Of a DNA stretch of 64,000 nucleotides, positions 14,270 to 28,033 are shown piece after piece. Each line of letters starts with the position of its first letter. Position 1 is the stretch's first letter. The DNA lies in assembly GCF_009914755.1 (NCBI RefSeq), contig NC_060927.1, one strand, 5' to 3'. Position numbers and translations under genes: made by a program. The DNA is from the human T2T-CHM13v2.0 reference genome, Homo sapiens. A model generated the notes under the pieces. That model had not been told where the DNA came from. It saw only the letters and a list, made by a program, of their open reading frames with translations, and made no database searches.

Positions 14270-15340
14270 CTTTTTGAAAATATGTAAATGATTTGGACAG
14301 TCACTTTACCACAGAAGATACATGGATGGCAAAGAGGCAATTGAATAGATGCCTCACATCATTACTCACTAGGGAAATGCAAATTAAAACCACAATGGAA
14401 CATCACTACATATCTGTTGTTATACCTTAAATGAAACAGGCTGATCATATCAAGTGTTGGAGAAGATGTTGAGGCACTGGAATTCTCATGCACCACCACT
14501 GAGAATGCAAAATGCTATAACCACCTTGGTGATAAATTTGGCAGTTTATTTATTTATTCTTTTTTTTTTTTTTTGAGACAGTGTTTCACTCTTGTCACCC
14601 AAGCTAAGCTGGAGTGCAGGGGCATGATCTTATCTCACTGCAACCTCCACCTCCTTTGTTCAAACAATTCTTCTGCCTCAGCCTCCCAAGTAGCTGAGAT
14701 TACAGGCACCCACCACCACATCCAGCTAATTTTTGTATTTTTATTAGAGATGGGGTTTCACCATGGTGGCCAGCCTGGTTTCGAACTTCTGACCTCAAGC
14801 GATCCTCCTGTCTCAGCCTCCCAATGTGCCAGGATTACAGGCATAAGCCACTGCACCTGGCCAAATTTCACAGTTTCTTAAAAAATAAGCACAATCCTAC
14901 CACATGATCCAAGCTTTTCATTCCTATGTAGTTACCCAAGAGAAATGAAATCAAATGTTCACGACAAGACTTTGATGTGAATGTTCATAGCACCTTTACT
15001 TTTAATAGCCAAAAACTGGAAACAACCTAAATATCTATTGACAGGTAGTATCCCTACAGAATGAAATACTACTGAGCAATACATAGAAGAAAACTATCAA
15101 TAGATGCAAAAACATGGATGAATCTGAAAATTGATTTGTCAAAGAATGCTGAAAAGGGAATGCATATTGTATGAATATATTTATAAAATTCTAGAAAATG
15201 CAAACTAAACTGTAATGACAGAACGATCACGGGAACCTGTGGATGGAGGTGGGGGTAGGGAGAGGCAGGGAGGATGTAACAAATTTAAAGTCTGTGCAGT
15301 TCATTGTATATAATTTTTATCTCTATGAAGCTATTTCTTT
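14270..15340 (+). mobile_element. Old L1M ORF2/3'UTR fragment interrupted by an Alu
   Basis: agggaaatgcaaattaaaaccacaatg...aatagccaaaaactggaaacaacctaaat...acatggatgaatct. Confidence 0.8.
14547..14862 (-). mobile_element. AluS (Sx/Sz/Sq-like)
   Basis: Antisense dimer; TSD aaatttggcagttt / aaatttcacagttt. Confidence 0.93.
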
Positions 15341-15499
15341 TAAATGTTGCAAAGAAAAAATAATGAAAAGTTGGGACCAATACAAGAACAATGAAACAGA
15401 AAATATAGCTCAGAAACATTTGATATTTTATAATTTTACATTTTATATGCAATATATTTGTGCATATGTTTGGGTATGTATATGCATCACAGAGGACAG

Positions 15500-16700
15500 A
15501 TAAGAAACTGATCAGGACGGTTTACCAGAGAAGAAGTTATCCAGAATTATTGAGGGATGGGTTAAATAGGTGCAGAAAGACAAGTTAGGGCTAGATTGAA
15601 AAACAATATGGATTTTGCATTAAAAATAAGAAGGAGTTGCTGGGTCAGGACATGTTCAGAGCTGTTCTTTAGGAATTTCTAAGGTGTGGGGTATAGAGTT
15701 GATTTTAAAAAGATATTGAAAATGAGCAGATTATTCAGAAGACAATTATAAAAGTGTAGGAAGTGCTAAGAAATTCAGACTAGACTTAAAGCAGTGCCTG
15801 TGGAGAATATGAAGATAAATAAAATACAGTTTTTCTTCCCAGAAGACATACATGAAATATGGGTATAAAGTTTTTTATGGAGTAGTAAGAAGTTTGGTAA
15901 GACGAAAACAACAGAAAGGAAAAAACAGGGCAGTTTCTGCAAAATAATTGGAAGGTGCAGCTTTTGGATACCGACTGTATCTGGGCAAAATTACTGCAAA
16001 GACCTTGAGGTCCCATGCAAAGGGTCAATGCAGAATGATACAAGGAAATGCAGGAGGTAGATGATTAGAGGTCAGTTGTTTCATAATTTTTTTTATCATG
16101 GGAGAGGAGATAGTACAGCCTTCTCCGAGTTGGAACTGATAAATTAGTGATAGAATCAGCAGAATGACTCTATCTCTAGAGAAGACCTCAGTGACTTGCC
16201 TGCATGGGGGATTCAGATCAAATGGAGTAGCTAGTAGAGTCAGTGTATGTAAGGAAATTTCTGTGGGGAAAAATGAAAAGTAAAGGAGGCCTGAAGAGAG
16301 GTACATTTAATATTTGGTAAAAGTTTAGACTTTACTGTTTTGGAGACCAAAGAATTATGAGAGATGTAGTTAACAGAGTTCTGGCAGGTAGCTAAAGCTG
16401 TGAAAAGTAACATTGGAAGAAAAACACAGGTCCTATAAGATTCAAAATGATTATTACAATTACAAGGAAATGAATAAAAGTAAATGGGGGTGGGGGGAGT
16501 CAAGAGGGGACAAGAGAAGGACATAAATGGAGGAAGGAGAGATAGTGACAGAGCAGAAATCAATGTCACAATATCCTGGCTGATGAGGAGAATTTGGAGT
16601 ATAACAGCCACTATTGCTAGCAGTCAAGATAAAAAGAGAAGCAATAAGGTACATAGTTCATGTTGCTAATTAGTAGATAGTACACCAGATTGTAGAGAGG
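15500..16700 (-). mobile_element. LINE-2 relic
   Basis: Purine-rich degenerate L2-like sequence; boundaries approximate. Confidence 0.45.
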
Positions 16701-16774
16701 AAAATCTTTCTGGACCATTAAGTCATATTCTCTTTTTTAGAAAAGACCTTTCTCTCCTTGTCTAGGAATTTTCT

Positions 16775-17395
16775 AAATTGTGTTTTCATTTATAAATACT
16801 TGTACATATTTATGGTACAGTGCGATATTTCTATACTTGTATACATCATGTAAAAATAGAAACAGAGCATTTAGCATGTGCATCACCTTGTATATTTATC
16901 ATTTCTTTGTGATGAGAACATTCAAAATCCTCTCTTCTAGCTATTTTGCCATATGCAACACAATATTGTTAACCATAGTCACTCTACTGTGCAATAGAAA
17001 ACTCAGATTTATTCCTTCTATCTAATTGTAACTTTATACCCGTTGACCAATCTCTCCCTACTCTGCCCTTCCCTCCCCAGCTTTTGGTAAACGCTATTCT
17101 ACTCTTATTCTCTCCTCTACTTCTTTGAAATCGACTTCTTTAGACTCCACATATGAATGAGATCATGCAACATTTGTCTTTCTGTCCCTGCCTTACTTCA
17201 CTGAACATGGTATCTTCCAGATTCATTCATGTTGCTGCAAATGAAAGGATTGTATTCTTTTAAGACTGAATTCCTCTATGTGTATGTGTGTGTCTCTCAC
17301 TCTCTGTGCAATATTTTCTTTATCCATACATTTGTTAATGAACACTTAGGTTGACTTAGTATCTTGGCCATTGTGAACAATGTTGCAATAAACAT
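16775..17395 (-). mobile_element. L1MA (6/7-like) 3' end
   Basis: tttctttgtgatgagaacattcaaaatcctctcttctagctatttt...gagatcatgcaacatttgtctttctgt. Confidence 0.85.
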
Positions 17396-17503
17396 TTCGC
17401 AATATTCTTGATTGCTGATTTTTGCTGAAAATCTAGGCTGCTTGTTCCATTTATGCAGAACAACAACTACCCTATAGGGTACATTAAAATATACTGCCTC
17501 TCT

Positions 17504-18146
17504 ACTTTTACACTGTTGGTGGGACTGTAAACTAGTTCAACCATTGTGGAAGTCAGTGTGGCCATTCCTCAGGGATCTAGAACTAGAAATACCATTTGAC
17601 CCAGCCATCCCATTACTGGGTATATACCCGAAGGATTATAAATCATGCTGCTATAAAGACACATGCACACGTATGTTTATTGCGGCACTATTCACAATAG
17701 CAAAGACTTGGAACCAACCCAAATGTCCAACAATGATAGACTGGATTAAGAAAATGTGGCACATATACACCATGGAATGTTATGCATCCATAAAAAATGA
17801 TGAGTTCATGTCCTTTGTAGGGACATGGATGAAGCTGGAAACCATCATTCTCAGCAAACTATTGCAAGGACAAAAAACCAAACACCGCATGTTCTCACTC
17901 ATAGGTGGGAATTGAACAATGAGAACACATGGACACAGGAAGGGGAACATCACACACCGGGGCCTGTTGTGGGGTGGGAGAAGGGGGGAGGGATAGCATT
18001 AGGAGATATACCTAATGTTAAATGACGAGTTAATGGGTGCAGCACACCAACATGGCACATGTATACATATGTAACAAACCTGCACAATGTGCACATGTAC
18101 CCTAAAACTTAAAGTATAATTAAAAAATAAAATTAAATTAAAAAAA
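17504..18146 (+). mobile_element. 5'-truncated L1PA3/4-like element; ORF2 C-terminus still open (17544-17915)
   Basis: DLELEIPFDPAIPLLGIYPKDYKSCCYKDTCTRMF...SLIGGN, 3'UTR and A-tail. TSD atactgcctctct at 17491-17503 and 18150-18162. Confidence 0.95.
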
Positions 18147-18449
18147 GAGATACTGCCTCTCTCCTGAGAAAGTACAGGCTACTGGGTGTAGAGTTTTGCT
18201 AAAGGATTGTGGCTTTGGGAATAGAAAAGTTGAGCCTTCATTAGCCTCACCATAGCCCAGTACCAGGACCATGTTTTGACTGATCAGGGTAGGCTGAATT
18301 TCTGGCCTACAAGCCCTTATGCAGTGCACACGTTTCACAGGACCTAGCAAATCCGTATATATTAAGAATATTTGCGTCGCAAGTTTTATGGAATCTTGTT
18401 TTTATAATAATAAAAGAAGTTGTTTAAGCCACTACAGAAAAGAAAGAAA

Positions 18450-18480
18450 GTCATGTAGCTAGGTGTCATGTAGCTAGGTG
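18450..18480. repeat. Perfect 15-bp tandem duplication
   Basis: gtcatgtagctaggt x2. Confidence 0.93.
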
Positions 18481-18942
18481 AAGAAAATATTGGTAGTGAG
18501 CATGTTATAATTTTTAGGATATATTTTAATGTTTTAACCTTCAGCCCTTGAATTTTAATTAACTTTTCCTATAGTTTTAATAATTCGTTTACCTTACTGA
18601 ATTTTGTATTTTGAAGTTTGGTCTGCTAAAATTATCAATTTAACTATCACTTAATCTAAGGCACTTTGTTTCTACATGATTGTGACTGAAAGAACTTACT
18701 CCCTGGTTACTCATCACCAGTTATTCTCTGTTTCAAAGACTAGAGGTCATTATAATTTTTTTATCACATAAGAAATATTTAGCGTGTAGCCCTACTTCAA
18801 CACTTATCCAATTCTTATTTTCCACAAAGAAAGCTCATTAAGCTTATTTTGATGACTCAGAATTAGAGGATACCTCTCAAATTTCTTCTCCCACATACTT
18901 CACTGGTTGTTCTGAACTCCAAAGAAAGAAAAATCAGAAGGA

Positions 18943-19293
18943 GGCCGGGCGGAGTGGTTCATGCCTGTAATCCCAGCGCTTTGTGAGGCTGAGGCGGGCG
19001 GATCACTAGATCAAGAGATGGAAACCATCCTAGCCAACATGGTAACCATCCTAGCCAACATGGTGAAACTCCGTCTCTACTAAAAATACAAAAATTAGCC
19101 GGGCGTGGTGGCATGCACCTGTAGTCCCAGCTACTCAGGAGGCTGAGGCAGGAGAATGGCATGAACCCGGGAAGAGAAGGTTGCAGTGAGTCTAGATTGC
19201 GCCACTGCACTCCAGCCTGGCAACAGAGCCAGACTCAAAAACAAGAAACAAAAAACAAGGAAGGAAGGAAGGAATGAAGAAAGAAAGAAAAGA
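18943..19293 (+). mobile_element. AluSc-like with a 21-bp internal tandem duplication (19023-19064)
   Basis: aaccatcctagccaacatggt x2; tail decayed to (AAGG)/(AAAG). Confidence 0.93.
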
Positions 19294-19591
<298 letters not shown>

Positions 19592-19600
19592 TCAGAAGGA

Positions 19601-19936
<336 letters not shown>

Positions 19937-20189
19937 TCAGAAGAAAATAATACATGTATATTTTTTGAAAAATGCATATAAAGAATAGAATGGAATGACC
20001 GACTTTTGGTAGTTTTGTGAAATTTCAGGATATTTTTATTTTTAATATCCCTTTGACTTTTTAGCACTTTTTAAAGATATCTACTCCTTTTTACTTCAGA
20101 CCAAGGGACAGTTTTTCTTTATCATCTTTTGTGATGACAGCAACAGCAACAGTGAGTTAAAATAAAAATACAACAAACAAGTAAGTGTG

Positions 20190-20554
20190 TGTTAACAGAC
20201 TGAATTCTACCCCTACCTCCCATTCATATGTTGACATCTTTGATGTGACTGTATTTGGAGATAGGACCTTTAGGAGGAAATTAAGATTAAATGAAATCAT
20301 AAGGATGGGAGCCTAATGGAATAGGACTTCCTTGTAAGAGGAAGGGACACCAATACACACAGAGAAAAGGCCATGTAAAACACAGCCAGAAGATGGACAT
20401 CTGCTATTTAGGGAGAGAGAACTCAGCAGAACTTACCCTTCCAGTACCTGAATCTTGGACTTCCAGACTCCAGAACTATGAGAAAATAAATGTTTGCTTT
20501 TTAACCCACCCAGTGTGTGGTATTTTGCTATGGCAGCCCCAGATGGCTGATACA
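20190..20554 (+). mobile_element. MLT1A/B MaLR solo LTR
   Basis: atgtgactgtatttggagatagg...tcttggacttccagactccagaactatgagaaaataaat...ctgataca; flanks gtgtg/gtgta. Confidence 0.85.
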
Positions 20555-20809
20555 GTGTATATATTTTAAAATATGCAATATGAATATATTGATAGACACT
20601 AAAATGCAATTTATAAATATTTATTCATACTTTTCTTCATTTGATCATTTAATTAAATATTTATTGAACACCATCTATACTCCAGACACACTCCCAGCTG
20701 CCCCTGGGATTTTAAAGATTAGGGGCGTGGATTGTGTCTTCACTGAGTCAATGGAGTGCTTAATCGTTTCCATAGTTATTTCAATTACAAAAATCCTAAG
20801 ATGCATGGA

Positions 20810-20950
20810 ATATAGACATGGTGGCACACGTTTATTGTCCCAGTAACTTGGGAGTCTGAGACAGAAGAATCCCCAGAAGTTCAAATCAAATCCAGCCTTG
20901 GCAACACAGTGAGATCCTATCTCTAAAAAAAATAAAATAAAAAAAATAAA
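20810..20950 (+). mobile_element. FLAM-type Alu monomer
   Basis: catggtggcacac...ccagccttggcaacacagtgagatcctatctct plus A-tail. Confidence 0.75.
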
Positions 20951-21179
20951 AGATACATGCAATGATAACTAATTGGCTCTAAAAGGAAAATTTTCTGCCA
21001 CTTCCCTTGACTTTCTCTTTTAGAATGTAACCTCCTCTAATGTCTCGTGTTTTTCATTGTTTTATTCCCATAGTATCAGATACACCATGATCCACTCCCA
21101 AGAATGTTAAAATAATGACTTAAATATTTATTGTTTCATGTTGAAGATTTTTGTTGTCATAAAATGTGAATAATTTGGA

Positions 21180-22580
21180 TTTATTTTATTTCAATATCTT
21201 TAGGGATACAAGTGGTTCCTGCTTACATGGATGAATTGTATAGTCATGAAATTCGGGCTTTTAGTGTACCCATCACCCAAATAGTGTACATTGTACCCAA
21301 TAGGTGATTTTCTATTCCCACCTCCTACCCTTCTTCCCCCATCTGAGTCTCCAATGTCCATTATACCTTTGTATGCCCTTGCTTACCCGTAGTTTAGCTC
21401 TCACTTATAAGTGAGAAAATGTGTTATTTGGTTTTCCATTCCTGAGTTACTTTACTTAGGATAATGTTCACTTAGGATAATGGCCTCCAGTTCCATCCAA
21501 TTTGCTGCAAGAGATATTATTTTATTCATTTTAATTGTTAAGTAATATTCATATATATATATACACATATATATACGGGTACGTACACACACACACACAC
21601 ACGCACACAAACACACTTACATACATACTACATTTTCTTTATCCATCCAAAAGTTGATGGGAACTTAGGCTGATTCTGTATCTTTGCAATTGTAAATTGT
21701 ACTGCGATAAGCATACACTTGCAAGTGTCTTTTTGATGTAATGACTTTTTTCACTTTGGGTAGATACCCCGTAGTGGGATTTCTGGATAGAATGGTAGAT
21801 CTATTTTAGTTCTTTGAGAAATCTCCATATTGTTTTCCATAGAGGCTGTACTAATTTACAATCAACCAGCAGCGTATAAGCATTCCCTGTTCACAGCACA
21901 ATGCCAACATCAATTTTTTTTCTTTTTAGTAATAGCCATTCTGACTAGAGTAAGATATTATATAATTGTGTTTATATTAAGTGTGTATATTAGGTTTGCA
22001 TTTCCCTGATGATTAGCAATGTTTAGCATTTTTCATATGTTTATTTTCCATTTGTATATCTTTTTTGAGAAATGTTCATGTTGTTTGCCTACTTTTTAAT
22101 GGAATTATTTGGTTTTTTCTCACTGATTTGTTTGAGTTTCTTGTAGATTTGGGATATTAGTCCTTGGTTGAATAAATAGTTTGCAAATATTTTCTCCCAA
22201 TCCACTTGTTATCTGTTTACTCTGTTGATTATTTCTTTTTCTGTGCAGAAACTTTTTAGTTTAATTAAGTCCCATTTATTTATTGTTATTTTGATTATAT
22301 TTGCTTTTGTGTTCCTAGTTAGAATTTCTTTGCCTAGGCCAATGTCCAGACAAGTTTCTCCTAAGTTTTTTTTCTAGAATTTTTATGCTTCCAGGTCTTA
22401 CATTTAAGTCTTTAATCCACCTTGAGTTAATTTTTGTATATGATGAGAGATAGGGGCTTGGTTTCATTCTTCTGCATATGGCTATCCAATTTTCCCAGGA
22501 CCATTTATCGAATAGGATTATCTTTTCCCCGGTGTATGTTTTTGTCTGCCTTGTTGAAGATTAGTCGGTTATAAATATTT
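21180..22580 (-). mobile_element. L1PB (PB3/4-like) 3' 1.4 kb
   Basis: ttacatggatgaattgtatagt...gtacccatcacccaaatagtgtacattgtaccc and antisense ORF2 end; internal (TA)n(CA)n at ~21550-21625. Confidence 0.9.
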
Positions 22581-23075
22581 GTTAGATACATGTAGTTTTC
22601 CCCTTTGTTAGTAATGAAAATTCTTAGTAGTTAATATTTACTTGTGAAATATTTTTATTAGGAGGTCAGTACATTTTTTCTTTATTTTTATTAAAAGTTA
22701 AAAATGTATTCTTAGAGTTGTCTTTGGGCTTATAATAATAGGCTTGGTATCTACTAAGACATTATTATAGATAAGAATTACAACATTTTGTGTCTGTTAG
22801 TATTGGGCTACAGTGTCACATAAGTACCAGGTGATAGCCAGGGTGGCCAAAAAATCTTGACTATATGTCCAAAAATATGTCATCAAATTCTAAAAACTAA
22901 GAAAATAGATTTTACCTTATAGTGTTTCATCTTTAGAAAATATTTTCATAAATAGAGCAGTACTATTTAAGTCTTTGTGACTATATTACAAGTTGGATGT
23001 TTGAAACACTAACTAAACTTCATAGAGCTTCATATTGCCATAGCACTACCCTACTGTCTTAATTATATATATATA

Positions 23076-23125
23076 TGCCATATATATATATGCCATATAT
23101 ATATATGGCATATATATATATGGCA
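23076..23125. repeat. Perfect 50-bp spacerless palindrome in a (TA)n tract
   Basis: tgcca(ta)5tgcca(ta)5tggca(ta)5tggca equals its own reverse complement. Confidence 0.97.
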
Positions 23126-24379
23126 GCTTCAGTTAGCTACTCTGCACATAGAACAGGTAGATTATATCTATCACAGATGAAAACAATGTATTTTTCTGCT
23201 TGTAATTCATTCATAATTTTCTAGATTCAGATTCTTTCAGGAAGTGTCATGAATCCACATAATATTCCCAAATGCTAGATGTTGTATTTATATATGTGAT
23301 TTAGCTGACAGATATATAAAGTGACATGCAGCTAGATAACCATATAATGATTGTGTAGCTTTGAATCCTGAAAACGCCAGTTACCCTGTTGAAGTAGATA
23401 TACAATATTGTCAAAATAATCCAATCCCAATTTATTTTCTTCTCTTAATTGAATATTAGTAACAGTAAAACAAATGACCTATTTTTGAATATTTGTAAAA
23501 TGATACACAAAAACAATGAATAAAGGTAAAGAAAAAATATGTTTTTGTTGTACTTCTTAAATGTAGATTATAAACTGTATGATTCTGGATGCTATAAAGT
23601 GATTATTTGTTGGTGTGGTAGTAAATAGATATTTACATGGTCTTCCCCTTTCTCTAATGGCATAAAAGACAGGGAGATTGGGACATGGAATATGTGAAAA
23701 GCATGTGGGAAGACACAAATTATTGACAGTGTTCCATTTCTTGGATTGCTGGTGTATTCCTCTTGATTATTATAGAATATAACAGATTTATGTACATGTA
23801 TATTATTTTATATGGCTCAAAATTATAACACTTATGTAAGCGGGAAAAACAGGGATACGGTGATTTATTTGCTTTTCTACCATGCAGCAGTCATTGAACT
23901 TAGTGTGTGTGTTTTGCTGGGGAAATAAGGAAGCATTGGAGAGCTGCATTTACCCAAGCATTTTTTGTATTGGTTATTTACTCATTCAATAATAACTTAA
24001 AGATCAACTTAAGACACATTTGATTCATCATTCTTTCTCATCAGATCTTGTGATCTCTCATAGTCTAGTTGTGTACCACAAAACTTGGTAGCTTAAAGTA
24101 ATAGCTATTTTACTATACCTCAAGATTTTGAGGTTCAGAAATTTAGGCAGTTAACTGCTGGACAATTCTGCTTCTTATGGCATCAGTTGAAATCACCTAC
24201 TGATAGTCAGCTGTCAGAGGGGCTGGTCCAAGGAAGTTTCACTCACAATTGACATGTCCAGTGCATCAGGACCTCTACAGCGAGATAACATCAAGTAGTC
24301 AGACTTCTTATGTGAAGTCTCAGGTTTTCAAGAAGAATTTTTCCCATAAGCAAGGTGGAAGCTATATGGTATTTCTAGC

Positions 24380-27356
24380 TGTGTTAGTCCACTTTTTTCA
24401 TTGCTATAAAGAAATACGTGAGACTGGGTAATTTATAAAGAAAAGAGCTGTAATTGGCTCATTGTTCTGCAGGCTGTATAGGAAGCATAGTGGCTTCTGC
24501 TTCTGGGGAAGCCTCAGGAAACTTACAATCATAGGAGAAGGCAAAGGGGGAACTGCCACTTCACATGGTGGGGCAGGAGAAGGAGAGGTGGGGTGGGAAG
24601 TTGCCACACATTTTTAAACAGCCAGATCTTATGAGAACTCTACCATGAGAACAGCACTAAAAGGATGGTGCTAAACCATTAGAAACTGCTCCCGTGATCC
24701 CATCACCTCCTACCATGCTCTACCTTCAGCACAGGGAATTACATGAGATTTGGGTGTGGACACAGATTCAAACCATATCATTCCTAGCCCCTCCTGGTCC
24801 CTCCCAAATCTCATGTCATTTTCATACTGGAAAGTACAACCATGCCTTCCCAACAGTCCCCAAAAGTCTTAACTCATTTCAACATTAACTCAAAGGTCCA
24901 CAGTCCAATGTCCTGTCTGAGACAAGGCTAGCCCCTTCTGCCTATGAGCTTGTAAAATAAAAAACAAGTTAGTTACTCCCAAGCTACAATGGGGTACAGG
25001 CATTGGGTAAATACTCCTTTCTGAAAGGGAGAAATCAGCCAAAACAAAGGGGTTACAGGCTCATGTAAATCCAAAGCCTGGGAGGACAGTGATTAAACTT
25101 TAATCTCCAAAATAATCTCCTTTGACTCCATGTCCCACATCCATGACACGCTGGTGCAAGGGATGGGCTCCCAAAGCCTTGGACAGCTCTGCCCCTGTGA
25201 CTTTGCAGGGTTTGGCCTCCACAGCTGCTCTCAAGAGCTGATGTTGAGTGTCTGTGGCTTTCCAGGTACAGGGCTTACCACTCTAGGACCTGGAGGATGG
25301 CGGCCCCCTTCTCACAGCTCCACTAGATAGTGCCATAATGGGGATTCTGTGTGGGGCTCCAACCCCACATTTCCTCTCCACACTGCCCTAGTAGAGATTC
25401 CCCGTGAGGTCTCTGCCCCTGAAGCAGGCTTCTGCTTAGACATTTAGGCTTTTCCATAAATCCTAAGACATCTAGGTGGAGGATCCCAAGCCTCAACTCT
25501 TGCATTCTGTTTACCCACAGGCTTTTCACCACATGGAAGCTGCCAGGGCTTATGGTTTGCACTCTCTGAGGCAGTGGCCTGAGCTTTACCTGGGCCTCTT
25601 TGAGCCAAAGCTGAAGCTAGAGCAGCTGGGATGCAGGGAGCATTGTCCCAATGCTCCACAGAGCAGTAGAGTCCTGGGCCTGGCCCATGAAACCATTTTT
25701 CCCCCCTAGGCCTCCAGGCCTGTGATGGAAGGGACAGCCAGGAAGATATCCAAAATGCCTTTAGGCCTTTCCCCCATTTTCTGTGCTATTAGCATTTGAC
25801 TCCTTTTTACTTATGCAAATTTATGTAGCCTGCTTGAATTCCTCCCATGAAAATGGGCTTTTCTTTTCTATCAAATGGGCAGGCTGCAAATTTTTCAAAT
25901 TTTTATGCTCTGCTTATCCTTTAAATATTAGTTCTAGTTTTACTAGAAATACCATTTGACCCAGCAATCCCATTACTGGCTATATACCCAAAGGATTATA
26001 AATCAATCTACTATAAAGACACATGCACACGTATGTTTACAGTGGCACTATTCACAAAAGCAAAGACTTGGAACCAACCCAAACATCCATCAGTGATAGA
26101 CTGGATAAAGAAAATGTGGCACACAGACACTATGGAATACTATGCAGCCATAAAAAAGAATGAGTTCATTTCCTTTGCAGGGACATGGATGAAGCTGGAA
26201 AGCATCATTCTCAGCAAACTATCGCAAAAACAAAAAACCAAACACTGCATGTTCTCACTCATAAATGGGAGTTGAACAATGAGAACACATGGACACAGGG
26301 AGGGGAATATTACACACAAGGGCCTGTCAGGGGATGGGGGACTAGGGGAGGGATATCATTAGGAGAAATACCTAATGTAGGTGACGGGTTGATGGGTGCA
26401 GCAAACCACCATGGCATGTGTATGCCTATGTAACAAAATTGTACATTCTGCATATGTACCCCAAAACTTAAAATATTAAAAAGTAAATAAAATATATAAG
26501 TTCTAGTTTTACTTTATTTCTTTGCTCATACATATGAGCATAAGGTATTAGAAGCATTCAGGACACATCTTGAAAGCTTTGCTGTTTAAAAATTTATTCT
26601 GCCAGATACCCTAAATTATTACTCTCAAGTTTAAAGTTCCATAGATCCTTAGGGTTGGGCACAATGCCACCAGCTTCTTTGCTAAAATGTATTGAAACTG
26701 ACATTTACTCCAGTTCCAAATAAGTTCCTCATTTCCATTTGAGATCTCATTAGTCAAGACTTTATTGTCCATATCACTATCAGCATTTTGGTCATAACAA
26801 CTTAACAAGTCTCTAAGAAGTTCAAAATTTTCCCTCATCTTCCTCTCTTCTTCTGAGCTCTCCAAGGTTTTCCAACCTCTGCCTGTACCCACTTCCAAAG
26901 TTCACAATTTCGGATATCTTTAGAGCAATTACCCACTTCTCAGTAACATTTTTTCTGTATTAGTCTACTCTCACATTGCAATAAAAAATATTACCTGAGA
27001 CTGAGTAATTTAAAAAGTAAAGAAACTTAATTGTCCCATGGTTCTGCAGGGTATACAGGAAGTGGCTTCTACTTCAATGGAGGCCTCGGGAAACTTAGAA
27101 TCATGGCAGAAAGCAAAGGGGGAGCTGCCACTTCACATGGTGGAGCAGGAAGAAGAGATAAGAGGGGAGGTACTGCACACTTTAGAACAACCAGATCTCT
27201 TAAGAACTCTATCATGAAAACAGCACCAAAGTGATGGTGCTAAACCATTAGAAACTGCACCTGTGATCCAATAACCTCCTACCAGGCCCCACCTCCAGCA
27301 CTGGGATTACATTACAACATGAGATTTGGGTAGGGACACAGATCCAAACCATATCA
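24380..27356 (-). mobile_element. Complete MSTA MaLR: LTR 24380-24780, internal 24781-26955, LTR 26956-27356
   Basis: Two homologous ~400-bp LTRs (tgt.ttagtc...aaaccatatca), MST-int body between them, exact TSD ctagc at 24375-24379 and 27357-27361. Confidence 0.93.
25945..26498 (+). mobile_element. 5'-truncated L1PA6-8-like element inside MST-int
   Basis: ORF2 C-terminus (26033-26275) plus 3'UTR. TSD agttctagttttact at 25930-25944 and 26499-26513. Confidence 0.93.
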
Positions 27357-27851
27357 CTAGCCTCAGAAGTAATGTGGCATCTTCTTTGAGTACTTTACCT
27401 TGGTAGATGTCACATACTTGTCCAGATTTAAAGGAAGTGGACAAGGACCCAGCAATATGCTCTTATTAGGCTGTATTTTTTTTTTCCGGCTCCTTGCTCT
27501 CATTCTTACCTTTGTCCTGTCTGTCTAGTCCACAATGGAAGGCTTAAAAGAGTGTCAAAGCCTTTGAGGAGTGGCAAAGAATTTGCAGCCATGGTTTAGA
27601 ATCACCAAACTCATACACATATAGCATTCCCTTTTGTGCCATCATTTCATAGATTCTACATATTTACCAACTTTTTCAGTCATTTTCCTAGATGTCTCTG
27701 CATATCAGCTTCTAAACTGGTAAATTTTACCAGGACCCAGAATGAGGCCATAGAAAAGATGCTCTCTACTTTCTTTATGCATTTCCTTTGCATATATTGC
27801 CACTATTCAAACCTCTTTCACTGGTATAAATTGGTAAATGTGTCTGTTGTA

Positions 27852-27853
<2 letters not shown>

Positions 27854-27910
<57 letters not shown>

Positions 27911-27970
27911 TAAAGAAAAAGGAAGAAAGAAAAAGAAAGAAGAAATAAAGATAGATGTAGATAGATAGAC

Positions 27971-28014
<44 letters not shown>

Positions 28015-28033
28015 TTGATAGATAGATAGATAG
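27854..28033 (+). repeat. Compound (AGAT)n STR: ~14 pure units, A/G-rich spacer, second interrupted block
   Basis: Direct reading. Confidence 0.97.

Larger units (their letters stand above)
24065..27610 (-). mobile_element. Old MLT1 (H-like) LTR split by the MSTA provirus; pieces ~24065-24379 and ~27357-27610
   Basis: accacaaaacttggtagcttaaa...caaggtggaagctatatggtatttctagc | ctagcctcagaagt...gaggagtggcaaagaatttgcagcca. Confidence 0.65.

Noticed and set aside
14573-14881. Alu-derived ORFs (also near 18959-19836, 30872, 39093, 40419, 43742, 44870, 58039)
   Set aside because: Typical Alu translations ([16 protein letters not shown]); poly-Y/K/F runs come from the tails.
17544-17915. Open 123-aa ORF
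   Set aside because: C-terminus of L1 ORF2p in a 5'-truncated insertion, not a gene. The same holds for 26033-26275 and 41718-43625.
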